This document shows, one piece after another, positions 25,820 through 35,411 of a stretch of 37,257 nt of DNA. The DNA comes from Patescibacteria group bacterium (lineage in GTDB: Bacteria; Patescibacteriota; Minisyncoccia; Phycocordibacterales; JACOZG01). Under the pieces are notes generated by a model. The model did not search any database. It was not told the DNA's origin and was given only the letters and a program-made list of their open reading frames with translations. The position numbers and the translations under genes are program-made. The stretch is from positions 1 to 37,257 of the forward strand of contig JBBTQW010000001.1 of the NCBI GenBank assembly GCA_038065495.1, read 5' to 3'. How positions within the stretch are numbered: the first letter of the stretch is position 1; the number at the start of each line of letters is the position of its first letter.

Positions 25820-26956
25820 TTAGTTAGTAATCGTGACTGGCTCGCCATTCTTAACTTGCTTAACCAGATAAGGTTTAGTAAATGCTCTTTGGCCATCAGA
25901 GACTAATTCGCCCGAAGCGCCACTGTAATTGGTGATTTTGTTGAGATAATCTTTCACAATCACCGGATCAGTCGATTTTGTTTCGCGGAAAGCTTGCGCC
26001 AACATCATCACTGCGTCGTAGGCCGAATCAGCCCCGATCTCCACTTCTCGATTGTAAGTGGTTTTGTATTTTTGCTCAAAATCGGTCGTTGGTGTTAAGA
26101 AGGTGAGAAAAATGAGATTTTCACAAGCCCCTTCGCAATTTTTGATTATCTGGCGGTCGATGGTAATTGAATAAGCTGGTAACTTAATGCCAAATTCTTT
26201 GATTCTCTTAGCAACAATATCTGTTAAACCGTAACCATCAATTGTCATCACGATTGCATCAATATTTTTATCATTCTTTACTTTTGCCACTTCTGTTCTC
26301 ATGTCAGTTTCTGTCACCAACGGTTCGGAGAGAAAAGTAATTTTGCCACCTAAACTGGTAAATTTCTCTGTAAATGCCTTAGTTTGATCTTTAATCCAGA
26401 CGTCATTGCCGCCAAACAAAGCAACATTTCTGTGGCCCTTATCATAAACATATTGTGCTAAATTTTGCGACAACAAATAGTCGTGTGGCCAGGTGTTAAA
26501 GATAAAATCGCTTGACTCGTTAAAATCTTTTAGACCGAGAGATGGAGAAATGGCTACAACACCTTTTTGCTTAATCGGCTCGATCAAAGCAATCCCAGTG
26601 TTTGACCAACTTGAGCCAATGATAAATTTAATCTTATCAAAACTGGTGAGTTTATTTAGCGCACTAATGGCTTTTTGTGGCTCACTGCCATCATCTTCGT
26701 GGACAGCTTCCAACATTCGCCCATCAACTCCGCCTTTTTCATTAATTTCTTTCACCGCCAAATCAATGCCATTTCTGGCCGCTTCGCCCCAGCTCGCACC
26801 TTCGCCGCTCAAGATCAAAATACTGCCAATTTTAATATTTTCTTGATTGCCTGGAGTAACTGGCGTTGTTGTATCTGACTTTTTGCTCACCCACACGCCG
26901 CCAATTACCAAAACCAGAATAAAAATTACGCCCCAAATGGTTGATTGTTTTGTCAT
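25820..26956 (-). CDS. Branched-chain amino-acid-type (LivJ-like) ABC substrate-binding protein, TM-anchored; start at MTKQ (ORF track 27007)
   Basis: IKIG..LSG..A.WG, AVKEINEKGGVDG, EDD, AYDAV, YSGASG; N-terminal TM helix. Confidence 0.9.
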   Translation of the reverse strand: MTKQSTIWGVIFILVLVIGGVWVSKKSDTTTPVTPGNQENIKIGSILILSGEGASWGEAARNGIDLAVKEINEKGGVDGRMLEAVHEDDGSEPQKAISALNKLTSFDKIKFIIGSSWSNTGIALIEPIKQKGVVAISPSLGLKDFNESSDFIFNTWPHDYLLSQNLAQYVYDKGHRNVALFGGNDVWIKDQTKAFTEKFTSLGGKITFLSEPLVTETDMRTEVAKVKNDKNIDAIVMTIDGYGLTDIVAKRIKEFGIKLPAYSITIDRQIIKNCEGACENLIFLTFLTPTTDFEQKYKTTYNREVEIGADSAYDAVMMLAQAFRETKSTDPVIVKDYLNKITNYSGASGELVSDGQRAFTKPYLVKQVKNGEPVTITN

Positions 26957-27034
26957 CCCGTTAGAAGTTAGATTAATATATTTTGATAAAATCTGCCTTC
27001 CCGTCACAAGTCATGCTTCGAGACTTCTAACGGG
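26957..27034. mobile_element. 78-bp MITE-like inverted-repeat element flanked by AT on both sides
   Basis: ATCCCGTTAGAAGT (26955-26968) and ACTTCTAACGGGAT (27023-27036) are perfect inverted repeats. Removing the element restores TGCTATAAT-N9-ATG ATG ACA in frame. Confidence 0.7.
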
Positions 27035-27070
27035 ATCATGATTTTTCGATTATAGCACAGGCCGGGAAAC

Positions 27071-29641
27071 TCACAACCAGAGACGGATGACCACGCTCAC
27101 CAGCACGGCCAGAGTGATGAAAAAGGTGGGGATGAGCACCGAGAGCGCCTGGCTCTGCGCCTCGGTGAGATTGAGATTGAGGTTGAGCGAGAGTGCGGAC
27201 TTGGCCTCACTGGCTGGGATAGTCTCGCCACTGGCCGTGATCGAGCAAGCGCGCTCCACTGGTGGCCGGCGCAAGGTGGTGCCACAATTGCTGCGCTCGG
27301 TACATTCTCGCGTTTGGCGGCCATCTACGCACTCGCTCCAGCTCTCGCGGCAGAGCCAGCGCTCTTGGCAACCCGTTTGCGCTGGCAGAGTTGGCGCGGG
27401 TTCTGATGTTTTAGGCGTGGTAGGTTTTTTCGTCACTGGAGTAACTGGCGGTGTGACTTTCGGCGGTTTGAGCACGAGTGGCGGCACGACCGGAACAACT
27501 GGCAACTTGAGCGTGGTCGTCGCGATTGGAATAGTAGTCGTCGCGAGCGGATTAACGAGACACTGACTGGTGCTATAACGACACTGGCTGGTGCAAGATA
27601 GTGTGCCGGAGAGAAAGCCGAGATTAGAGCAACTAGCGCCAGCGAGGTTAGAACTATCACATTGCTCGCCAGCTTCTACCTGACCATTGCCACAAACTGG
27701 CACGACGAGCGGCGCCACGGCGCCAGCGACAGATTCGAAAGCGCCGATATCACAGCCAGAGCTGGGTCGGGAATTGCCGGTGTAGTCGCCATTCACTTCA
27801 CCCTGACACAAGCCAGCATTGCCAGCCGGGCTATTAGATGAGAGCGGGAAACTAGAACCAGTGCTGGCAAATTGCGGATCGGAATTGAGATTGTTCGCCG
27901 CAAAAGTTTGCGTATTGAGATTAGCCGCCGTGTAGGAGAAGCGCAACGCGGCATTGGCGCCACGAGATTTCACAACTGTGGCATCGCCAGCGATTAATAA
28001 ATTATTTTTGATTTCATTACCGTAGCCATTATTTTCTTCAAAAGCCGGAAAATTGAGAACGACTGGCGCATTTCTGTTACTACTATTATCGGTGTTTACA
28101 ATTATATTGTTATAAATTTTATTGCCAGTCACACCATTACTGCTGCCAGAACTACCAAAGTTACCGATATCAATCCCCCGTCCGCCGGTTTGATAAAAAG
28201 TATTGTTATAAACTTTATTATTATTGCTCTGGCCAATACTAGAATCCGCAGCGATTGTTAACCCGGTCGCGCTATTCGCGCCGGCCGTGAAAATATTATT
28301 GTAAACCGAATTATTACTCGCGTAGAGAATCTCCAAACCAATACCAGGCAAGCTTGGCTCTGATGGATTGGTGTTGAAGTTTCTGACTAAGTTCTGCCGA
28401 AAAATGTTGCCAGACGAACTGCCCGGATTGCCCGGAATATTGATGATCGCGGCGCTGGTGTGCAGGCGATTCTCAATCGTGTTTCTCTCGATTATATTAT
28501 TGCCAGAATTACGCAAGTTCAAGCTCACGTGACCACAATTGCCGAAGCGATTATTTCTAATCACACTGTTCTGCACATTGTCCCAGATCAAGCCATCACC
28601 GCCAGCCGGACCGGAACTGCCACTCGTGCAGAAGATGTCATTGTTCTCAAATAAAACAGCACTGTGACCACCAGAAAGCCTGATCAAACTAGCACCAGAA
28701 CGGCCGGGGCCGAATCGAGCATTCCTCACCGTCAGGCCAGAACTTTGATTAACGTCAAAAAGTAGATTAGCCGAGCTGTCAGTAAAGTTTAAACCATCTA
28801 TCGTCCAGTAATTAGCGCCAGCCATCAGAGTGATCAGCGCTGTGCTCGCGCCTGTCCCCCGGATCGTTACGCTGTCGCCTGGGTACGGCTTCCAGTTTAT
28901 CGCCGAGCCCGAACTGCCCGCGCTGTAGAGCGCAAGTGGCGCAATGCTGTAATCACCAGCTTTAACATAAATAGTGTCACCGGCCTGGAATTTGCGACCA
29001 TTATTCTCGTTCATCCCAGTTGGAGTGCACCACGGCGTATTGGGATTAAGCGCCGCACTTCGTCCTCCACTATCGCTACAGCTCGCATTATTTTTATCAA
29101 TAAATAAAACACGTGTGCCATCAGCCAAATTATTTAGATCAGTGTTAGAATTCCCAGCCGGCGGATTAGGGTTGGGATTAGTCGGTGGATTGCTCTGGTT
29201 ACTCACGCTCACACTAATCGCGCCACTCGTCGTCTGATTATTAGCACCGTCGCTCGCTCGCGCCGTGAGCGAGTAGCTACCATTACCCACTACACTCGTG
29301 TCCCAACTCACGCTGTATGGTAGAGACGTGTCTGTGCTAATTAAATTGCCATTTTGGTAAAAATCAACAGAGGCAACAGCCACATCGTCGCTCGCATCGG
29401 CCAAAATTGTGACCGTACCACTCAAGCTAGCGCCAGCGCTGGGTGAGGTGATGGAAACGCTAGGTGGTGCAGTATCCTTATCGATTAAACCAGGATCAAC
29501 TGGGGAAGCAATCTGTTGCACTGGATAAACCCGCCGACCCCCATCGCGATCCAGCGAATAATAAAGCAAGCCAATGACCGGCAAGAGCGCCACGGCCACC
29601 ACCATCCAGCTGAAGAAACTTGGGACAAACTTTTTCGACAT
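27071..29641 (-). CDS. Large surface protein: Ig-like domain, right-handed beta-helix, Cys-rich modules, Pro/Thr linker, TM helices at both ends
   Basis: DTAPPSVSITSP..PYSVSWDT Ig domain; Asn-rich NN-x repeats; CDIGAFE; CGNGQVEAGEQCD; WSECVDGRQTREC; C-terminal TM. ATG 29641 preferred over TTG 29656. Confidence 0.88.
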   Translation of the reverse strand: MSKKFVPSFFSWMVVAVALLPVIGLLYYSLDRDGGRRVYPVQQIASPVDPGLIDKDTAPPSVSITSPSAGASLSGTVTILADASDDVAVASVDFYQNGNLISTDTSLPYSVSWDTSVVGNGSYSLTARASDGANNQTTSGAISVSVSNQSNPPTNPNPNPPAGNSNTDLNNLADGTRVLFIDKNNASCSDSGGRSAALNPNTPWCTPTGMNENNGRKFQAGDTIYVKAGDYSIAPLALYSAGSSGSAINWKPYPGDSVTIRGTGASTALITLMAGANYWTIDGLNFTDSSANLLFDVNQSSGLTVRNARFGPGRSGASLIRLSGGHSAVLFENNDIFCTSGSSGPAGGDGLIWDNVQNSVIRNNRFGNCGHVSLNLRNSGNNIIERNTIENRLHTSAAIINIPGNPGSSSGNIFRQNLVRNFNTNPSEPSLPGIGLEILYASNNSVYNNIFTAGANSATGLTIAADSSIGQSNNNKVYNNTFYQTGGRGIDIGNFGSSGSSNGVTGNKIYNNIIVNTDNSSNRNAPVVLNFPAFEENNGYGNEIKNNLLIAGDATVVKSRGANAALRFSYTAANLNTQTFAANNLNSDPQFASTGSSFPLSSNSPAGNAGLCQGEVNGDYTGNSRPSSGCDIGAFESVAGAVAPLVVPVCGNGQVEAGEQCDSSNLAGASCSNLGFLSGTLSCTSQCRYSTSQCLVNPLATTTIPIATTTLKLPVVPVVPPLVLKPPKVTPPVTPVTKKPTTPKTSEPAPTLPAQTGCQERWLCRESWSECVDGRQTRECTERSNCGTTLRRPPVERACSITASGETIPASEAKSALSLNLNLNLTEAQSQALSVLIPTFFITLAVLVSVVIRLWL

Positions 29642-29670
29642 TTTAATCTGGCTCAAAACTGTTTAAGTAT

Positions 29671-32600
29671 TTATTTAAATAAACCACCAAAGGCTCCCCA
29701 AACATTCGCCAACCAATTGGACGGGCTGATGAAAGCATGCGGCGCATTACCGCAGACTAATCTTCCTTGCACATCAGTCCCGACTGGAACTTTATTCGGC
29801 CGACAAACACATTGATTGGTGGCCGAATTTGGTTGGGTGTTATTGGAATTACCACAACTCCACTGGCAGTTGTTATGACTATCAAGCTGACGATAAGGAG
29901 CGGGGCAGGAATTAACGATTGGCGGAACGACAACTGGTGGAACGACCGGTGGCGGTGTGGTAGCTGGAGGTGGAACAGTTGGAGACGGAGTAGTGGGATT
30001 AGTGGCGGGAGGATTAGTAGAAGCTGGAGGAGTAGCAGGAGTAGGCACTGTAGAATTATTGCTTGAAGCTGGGACAGTTGGACTTGCCGGAGTCGTTGGC
30101 CCACCACCAGTGTTACCACCAGAGGGGCCAGAATTATTGGCAGGACTAACTACGTTCTTGAAGCTAAATTCCAAGCGATTAGTAAAGTGGAGTAAATAAT
30201 TATTTTCGCTACCAAAAGATGTCGCTAAATAATACGCTCGATGAGGCATATTTTGCGCCTGAGCATAGAGTGTGCCAGACATGATTGTGGGATTAGCTAA
30301 TGGCGACTTGATAGAACTACAGCCCAAGTAAACCTTCTCCACTTGTTGCTTCCATTGATTGGGATCATTTGAGCTAGAGAGATAGAAGCAAGCGTAAGGT
30401 GGATATAAGTTAGCAGAAACATTACGCAGTGTTAGCTGGTAAGGCAAAGTAATCTGACCACTCTTATCAGCCTCGACTACCTTGGCTACCTTGAGCGACA
30501 CGACTAAAGATGCAGAATCAGGTAAGTTTACAGATTTTATTGTCAGTCTAGCATCACCACGCGGACCAAGATCTCGCCAACCGTAACCTGGAGAATATGA
30601 CCTCTCCACACAAGTAACCTTCACATCCGCCTTCTCTCCCGCAGACAGGAGCCAGGGGGCGTAAAAAGTTCCAGAGCTAGCTTGATCTTGTAATGTCCAC
30701 GGGCGATTAGAAGAGTCGTTCCAAGTAACAGAACAAGAATTAGCATATTTTGCCGCCCAGTTTATCTGTAAACTTTCGTTCGGCCCAACTTCCACGGAAC
30801 CAGCTTTGCCTTTAGCTGTAATCTCCACCACTGGTACCGGCCGAGAGAGGTAGAAAAAGTTACTGTCCGTTATCACACCACCAGATCTGATTTCTATTTT
30901 ATAAGTCCCCAGCGCGGCATCAATGGGCAATAAAACACTCTCCAACCCGTCATTCGGTCCAGAGGCTAATAGTGTCCCAGAAATTCCTTGCTGTTCCGAC
31001 TTAAAGAGATAAATGGAGACAGAATCAGTAGCTCGACCACCAGACCAGCGCACCGTCTGCCTTGATCCAGCTGGCCAACTCTCGTAACCAGCGGGCGAAG
31101 TAATAGATAGCTCACTAGTCGCTAAGACATTTAACTGTATGGCCTGACCAGCCTCGCCAGAACTATTTCTACAAGTGAGACCAAGATCATAAGCACCAGG
31201 TGTGGTGAAAGTGAAAGGCTTCTGCCCGGCTGGCGGCAGATCAGCATAAGCCTGTGACCAAGCTCCGATAGCCTTGCAACCTGTTGCTTGATTGGCCGCT
31301 GACCAAGTGACATTGATTGTCTCGCCAGAAGTCAAATTAGCGCCGTTCTGTAATTCTTGATTATCTGCAGAACGTCTGGCGTGCAGAATGATATAAGGCA
31401 ATGCCCCTCTCCCGACTTGCACAAGAGAGTTCCCATTTGCCGAAGGTGAAATCTTTATCACGACATCTGATTTGGGAAGATAAATGTTCTGATTAATTGG
31501 CAAAAAGGCATCCTGGACCGAAGGAGTTTGGGGATGGCCGTCAAATAACCATGATCGTCCAGGTTCTTCAGCTTCGGTTGTCAATAACACGTTAGAAAGA
31601 TTTTGGCTGTCACCAATATTTTCCAGCAAACGACTTTCTAAGAAGTAGGCTCCCGATCCAAAACCAGAAGAATAGGGAATTTTGATGGCATTTGTCGTAG
31701 ACTTCCTCTCTATGGGTGACAGAGTGATCAGAACTGCGCCAGAAATACTATCTAACCTTTTAATACTCGCGCCAAACCAGCCCAAATAATCCTTGCCCAT
31801 AGCGTTAAAATCAGCCAGATTATAACCAGTGCCCATCACATCAAAGACGTTGCCATATTCTGCACCCCTATTACAAATTCCGCTAACCGTGGTCGGTTGA
31901 CCGTTCTCCGAACACACCGCGTTGCTAGCGTGATGCAAACCAAGATTGTGACCAAACTCATGTGCGAAAACATAAGAAACTGGGCTGATTATCGAGCTTC
32001 TGGCCGGGGTAAAGGATAATCCAACACTTCCTCTGCCAGCCCACTCACAGGTAGGATTCCCCGGAAAGACAACTGACACCATATCGTAATTAGAAGGGAC
32101 AAAACCATCAGCCCTTGCCCCATCTTGAGCAAGGTCATGCGAAGTTAAATACTGAGAATAATCACAGCCGGTAGGACTGTTTTGGTCAAGAGTGTACCAA
32201 CCGAAAATATCACCGTCCACGCGCAGACTCCCCACGAGAGAAAGCTGTCCATAGGAACTATCTTGATAGTATTTGTTGACACTGGGGAAACTTTGACTGC
32301 CCGTAAAAACCCGTTGTCTGACTTCTTCTACGGTAACTGACTGAGTTTGATTATCAAGAAAATTAACCAAAATTATTGCCACTTTTTTGGCACCGGTAAC
32401 AGACAGGCGAGTATCTGGTTCCAACTGAGTAAATTCTCGACTCTGGTTACTACCATTGAGAAGCAGGTTATTCGCTAGCTTAAGACCAGTGGTAGAAATT
32501 TTCCTACCTGATTGAGTACGTGGAGTTTGATTATCAAGAAAATGTAATCTTGTTTCCTTTCCATCAGTTGTGCGGATACTATATTCGGTTTGATAATCCT

Positions 32601-33036
32601 TAAAGTTAACGCCATCAATATAAGAGACTATTAAGTTGCCAGTTAGACTCGCGTCGTCTTCGACATATTCTCTGGCTTCTACTGGCAAACGCGCTCGATC
32701 TTGTTTGGAAATGCGATTCTCGAGCACAGCCTTCGGATTTTTCTCTAACAACTTGAGCATCGTCTTCTGACGATCCTTGGCTGTTTCTACTAGATCTAGC
32801 TTAAGCTTTACTTTCTCGGAAACAGAAGCCTTCTCATGGTCAACCAAGACCCGCAAGACTTTGGCGTTCTTTTCTTTTACCAGAGCTACTTCGGTCGCGA
32901 CATTATTTGTAGCAACTTGCCCCACCGCCGCCAGATTTAGATTCTTAGTCTGTGTGGTTAAAACAGGATTATTTAGAACCCCAAACAAACCAACTAGTAG
33001 CGCCAATACAGACAAGCCGGCAAATTGTTTAATCAT
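29671..33036 (-). CDS. Large secreted metzincin metallopeptidase (M11 gametolysin/M6-like) with Ig-like, Pro-rich and Cys-rich regions
   Basis: KVAIILVNF, FAHEFGHNLGLHHA (HExxHxxGxxH), EYGNVFDVMG Met-turn. Confidence 0.88.
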   Translation of the reverse strand: MIKQFAGLSVLALLVGLFGVLNNPVLTTQTKNLNLAAVGQVATNNVATEVALVKEKNAKVLRVLVDHEKASVSEKVKLKLDLVETAKDRQKTMLKLLEKNPKAVLENRISKQDRARLPVEAREYVEDDASLTGNLIVSYIDGVNFKDYQTEYSIRTTDGKETRLHFLDNQTPRTQSGRKISTTGLKLANNLLLNGSNQSREFTQLEPDTRLSVTGAKKVAIILVNFLDNQTQSVTVEEVRQRVFTGSQSFPSVNKYYQDSSYGQLSLVGSLRVDGDIFGWYTLDQNSPTGCDYSQYLTSHDLAQDGARADGFVPSNYDMVSVVFPGNPTCEWAGRGSVGLSFTPARSSIISPVSYVFAHEFGHNLGLHHASNAVCSENGQPTTVSGICNRGAEYGNVFDVMGTGYNLADFNAMGKDYLGWFGASIKRLDSISGAVLITLSPIERKSTTNAIKIPYSSGFGSGAYFLESRLLENIGDSQNLSNVLLTTEAEEPGRSWLFDGHPQTPSVQDAFLPINQNIYLPKSDVVIKISPSANGNSLVQVGRGALPYIILHARRSADNQELQNGANLTSGETINVTWSAANQATGCKAIGAWSQAYADLPPAGQKPFTFTTPGAYDLGLTCRNSSGEAGQAIQLNVLATSELSITSPAGYESWPAGSRQTVRWSGGRATDSVSIYLFKSEQQGISGTLLASGPNDGLESVLLPIDAALGTYKIEIRSGGVITDSNFFYLSRPVPVVEITAKGKAGSVEVGPNESLQINWAAKYANSCSVTWNDSSNRPWTLQDQASSGTFYAPWLLSAGEKADVKVTCVERSYSPGYGWRDLGPRGDARLTIKSVNLPDSASLVVSLKVAKVVEADKSGQITLPYQLTLRNVSANLYPPYACFYLSSSNDPNQWKQQVEKVYLGCSSIKSPLANPTIMSGTLYAQAQNMPHRAYYLATSFGSENNYLLHFTNRLEFSFKNVVSPANNSGPSGGNTGGGPTTPASPTVPASSNNSTVPTPATPPASTNPPATNPTTPSPTVPPPATTPPPVVPPVVVPPIVNSCPAPYRQLDSHNNCQWSCGNSNNTQPNSATNQCVCRPNKVPVGTDVQGRLVCGNAPHAFISPSNWLANVWGAFGGLFK

Positions 33037-33051
33037 GCTTTAATCTTAACA

Positions 33052-33088
33052 AAAATTCGCCTCCGGTTTATCCCCAGAGGCGAATTTT
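33052..33088 (-). terminator. Hairpin terminator after the 33109-33723 gene, possibly bidirectional
   Basis: AAAATTCGCCTC-N13-GAGGCGAATTTT perfect inverted repeat with A/T tails. Confidence 0.75.
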
Positions 33089-33108
33089 CGCAAACTAAAC
33101 ACTATATA

Positions 33109-33723
33109 TTATCTCATGAAGCGGAAGGTGGAGATAATCTTCCTGAACCAGTCAATGTGGTAGTCTAAATTATCTTGAGGCAAATGAGCTTTCCAAACAA
33201 ACTTATCATTTTTGTGGTTAAAAGATGCTTCAACTAACTGACGATCGCTTGCCTCTTCTCCTTCTGTTTCCATATCTGGGCTAACCCATTTTTCTTCGCT
33301 TACGATGAGAGAAGTATTTTTACTGACAGTCAGTTGCCAACGCAAATATTTGGCCGTATAGAAAAGACCATCAAAGGTTGTGTTCACATAGAGAGTTGCG
33401 GAAGGATTATTTATATTTCCACCCGATATTGTAATTCCATAGACAGACGGTTGAGATGGTGAGTTCTCCGTGATCTTGAAATTTTCCGGGTATTTGAAAC
33501 TAAACCCATATTTCTCATTTTTGTAAGTTTTCCAATCTTTTGTTTCATCTGTTTCATCTACAACTGTCGCTGGTCTGGTGACAAAAGAATTATCTGGCGT
33601 GTTGAGAACTGGCGCAGTGGCGCTGGGTTGATAAGAATAATCTGGTTGGGCTTGATTGTAGAAAGTGTAACCAGCGAAACCGAGAACAATGAGAACTAAA
33701 ATTGTGATTACGATGTTTTTCAT
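33109..33723 (-). CDS. Membrane-anchored PsbP-like protein
   Basis: N-terminal TM helix; TKDWKTYKNEKYGFSFKYP and terminal FRKIISTFRF patterns. Confidence 0.75.
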   Translation of the reverse strand: MKNIVITILVLIVLGFAGYTFYNQAQPDYSYQPSATAPVLNTPDNSFVTRPATVVDETDETKDWKTYKNEKYGFSFKYPENFKITENSPSQPSVYGITISGGNINNPSATLYVNTTFDGLFYTAKYLRWQLTVSKNTSLIVSEEKWVSPDMETEGEEASDRQLVEASFNHKNDKFVWKAHLPQDNLDYHIDWFRKIISTFRFMR

Positions 33724-33746
33724 CTGTTTATCTTAACACGAGTAGT

Positions 33747-35408
33747 TTAGTAATCCATTCCGCCCGGCATACCGCCACCCATGCCACCGCCGGCTGGAGA
33801 GGTTTCTTCTTTCGGCTCGTCAGTCACTGCCACTTCGGTCGTTAGGAGAATAGCCGCCGCGGAAGCCGCGCGCTCTAGGCCGGTGCGCGTCACCTTCACT
33901 GGATCAATAATCCCGGCCGCGAACATGTCGCTGACGATCTTATCCGCATTGGCGTCGTAACCTTCATTGCCTTTGCTATGTTTGATTTTATCTACAATTA
34001 CTTCGCCATCATCTTTGCCAGCGTTAATCGCAATCTGGCGCAGTGGCGCGTCCAGCGACTTGAGCAAAATCTTCACGCCTACCTCAAACTCATGCGCGAT
34101 ATCGGCCGAGGGCGACTTGATATTTTTACTGCCCGCCTTGGCGCCCGCGCGGATTAGCGCCGTGCCACCACCAGCCACAATCCCTTCCTCAATCGCCGCT
34201 TTCGTCGCCTCCACCGCGTCTTCAATCTTCAGTTTGAGATATTTCATTTCGGCTTCCGTACTCGCACCCACTTTGATCACCGCCACACCACCAGCTAGCT
34301 TGCCAATGCGCTCTTGCAGTTTCTCTTTATCATATTTCGAGTCACTCAGCTCGATTTGTTTCTTAATCTGCGTCATCCGTTCATCTATATCAGACTTTTT
34401 ACCCGCGCCGCCCACAATCGTCGTATTATCTTTGGTTGAAATAATCTTTTTCGCGCGACCCAGCATCTTGATTTCCGCATTTTCTAGTTTAATTCCGCGT
34501 TCTTCGCTAATCACTTGCGCGCCAGTCATCACCGCAATATCTTCTAGCATTTCCTTCTTCCTGTCGCCAAAGCCCGGCGATTTTATCGCTAATGTGTTAA
34601 AAGTACCACGGAGTTTATTCACGACCAGAGTCGTCAGTGCTTCGCCATCCACATCATCAGCGATAATTACCAAATCTTTCTTCCCACTTTGCGCGAGCTT
34701 CTCGAGCAATGGCAAAATATCTTTGATACTCGAAATCTTTTTATCTGTTAATAGAATTAAAGGCTCACGATAAACGGCTTCCATCCGCTCACTATCCGTA
34801 ATCATGTACGGCGAGCTGTAACCTTTCTCAAACTGCATGCCTTCCACCAATTCTGATTCGACACCAAAAGTCTGCGATTCTTCTACTGTGACCACGCCAT
34901 TCTTACCCACTTTCTCAATCGCCTCCGCAATAATCCCACCAAATTCTTCTGACTCTGCAGAAATAGTGGCAACTTGTTTAATTTCTTCTTTATTCTTTAT
35001 AGGCTTAGCGAGATCGCGTAAAGCCTGCACGACTTCGCGCGTCGCGTGCTCGATCCCCAGCTTAATCCCCATCGCGTTCACGCCCAGCGTCGTTTTCTTA
35101 AAACCTTCACTCATAATCGCTTGCGCGAGCACCACAGCAGTTGTAGTGCCATCGCCAGCCGTGTCATTCGTCTTCTGCGCCACGTCTTTGATAATCTCCG
35201 CACCCATGTTCTCCACTTTATCTTTCAAAGTTATCTCTTTCGCAATACTCACACCGTCATTCGTGATAGTCGGCGTGCCATAGCCTTTGTCTAAGATTAC
35301 ATTTCTTCCCTTTGGTCCAATCGTAATCCGCACTGCATCAGCGACTTGATCAATTCCCCTTTTCAACGCTTTTCTTGCACTGTCACCAAAAATAATTTGT
35401 TTACTCAT
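33747..35408 (-). CDS. groL: Chaperonin GroEL
   Basis: GPKGRNV, ITNDGV, AGDGTTTA, GGM tail. Confidence 0.99.
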   Translation of the reverse strand: MSKQIIFGDSARKALKRGIDQVADAVRITIGPKGRNVILDKGYGTPTITNDGVSIAKEITLKDKVENMGAEIIKDVAQKTNDTAGDGTTTAVVLAQAIMSEGFKKTTLGVNAMGIKLGIEHATREVVQALRDLAKPIKNKEEIKQVATISAESEEFGGIIAEAIEKVGKNGVVTVEESQTFGVESELVEGMQFEKGYSSPYMITDSERMEAVYREPLILLTDKKISSIKDILPLLEKLAQSGKKDLVIIADDVDGEALTTLVVNKLRGTFNTLAIKSPGFGDRKKEMLEDIAVMTGAQVISEERGIKLENAEIKMLGRAKKIISTKDNTTIVGGAGKKSDIDERMTQIKKQIELSDSKYDKEKLQERIGKLAGGVAVIKVGASTEAEMKYLKLKIEDAVEATKAAIEEGIVAGGGTALIRAGAKAGSKNIKSPSADIAHEFEVGVKILLKSLDAPLRQIAINAGKDDGEVIVDKIKHSKGNEGYDANADKIVSDMFAAGIIDPVKVTRTGLERAASAAAILLTTEVAVTDEPKEETSPAGGGMGGGMPGGMDY

Positions 35409-35411
35409 ATT

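Noticed and set aside
29930-30130. Low-complexity GGA/GGT/AGT-rich DNA
   Set aside because: Fully explained by the Pro/Thr linker codons of the peptidase.
33967-35294. Long plus-strand ORFs (268, 148 and 82 aa) opposite groEL
   Set aside because: Antisense shadows of a conserved gene. The same applies to the short ORFs opposite tsf, rpsB, prfA, gap, htpX and the surface genes.
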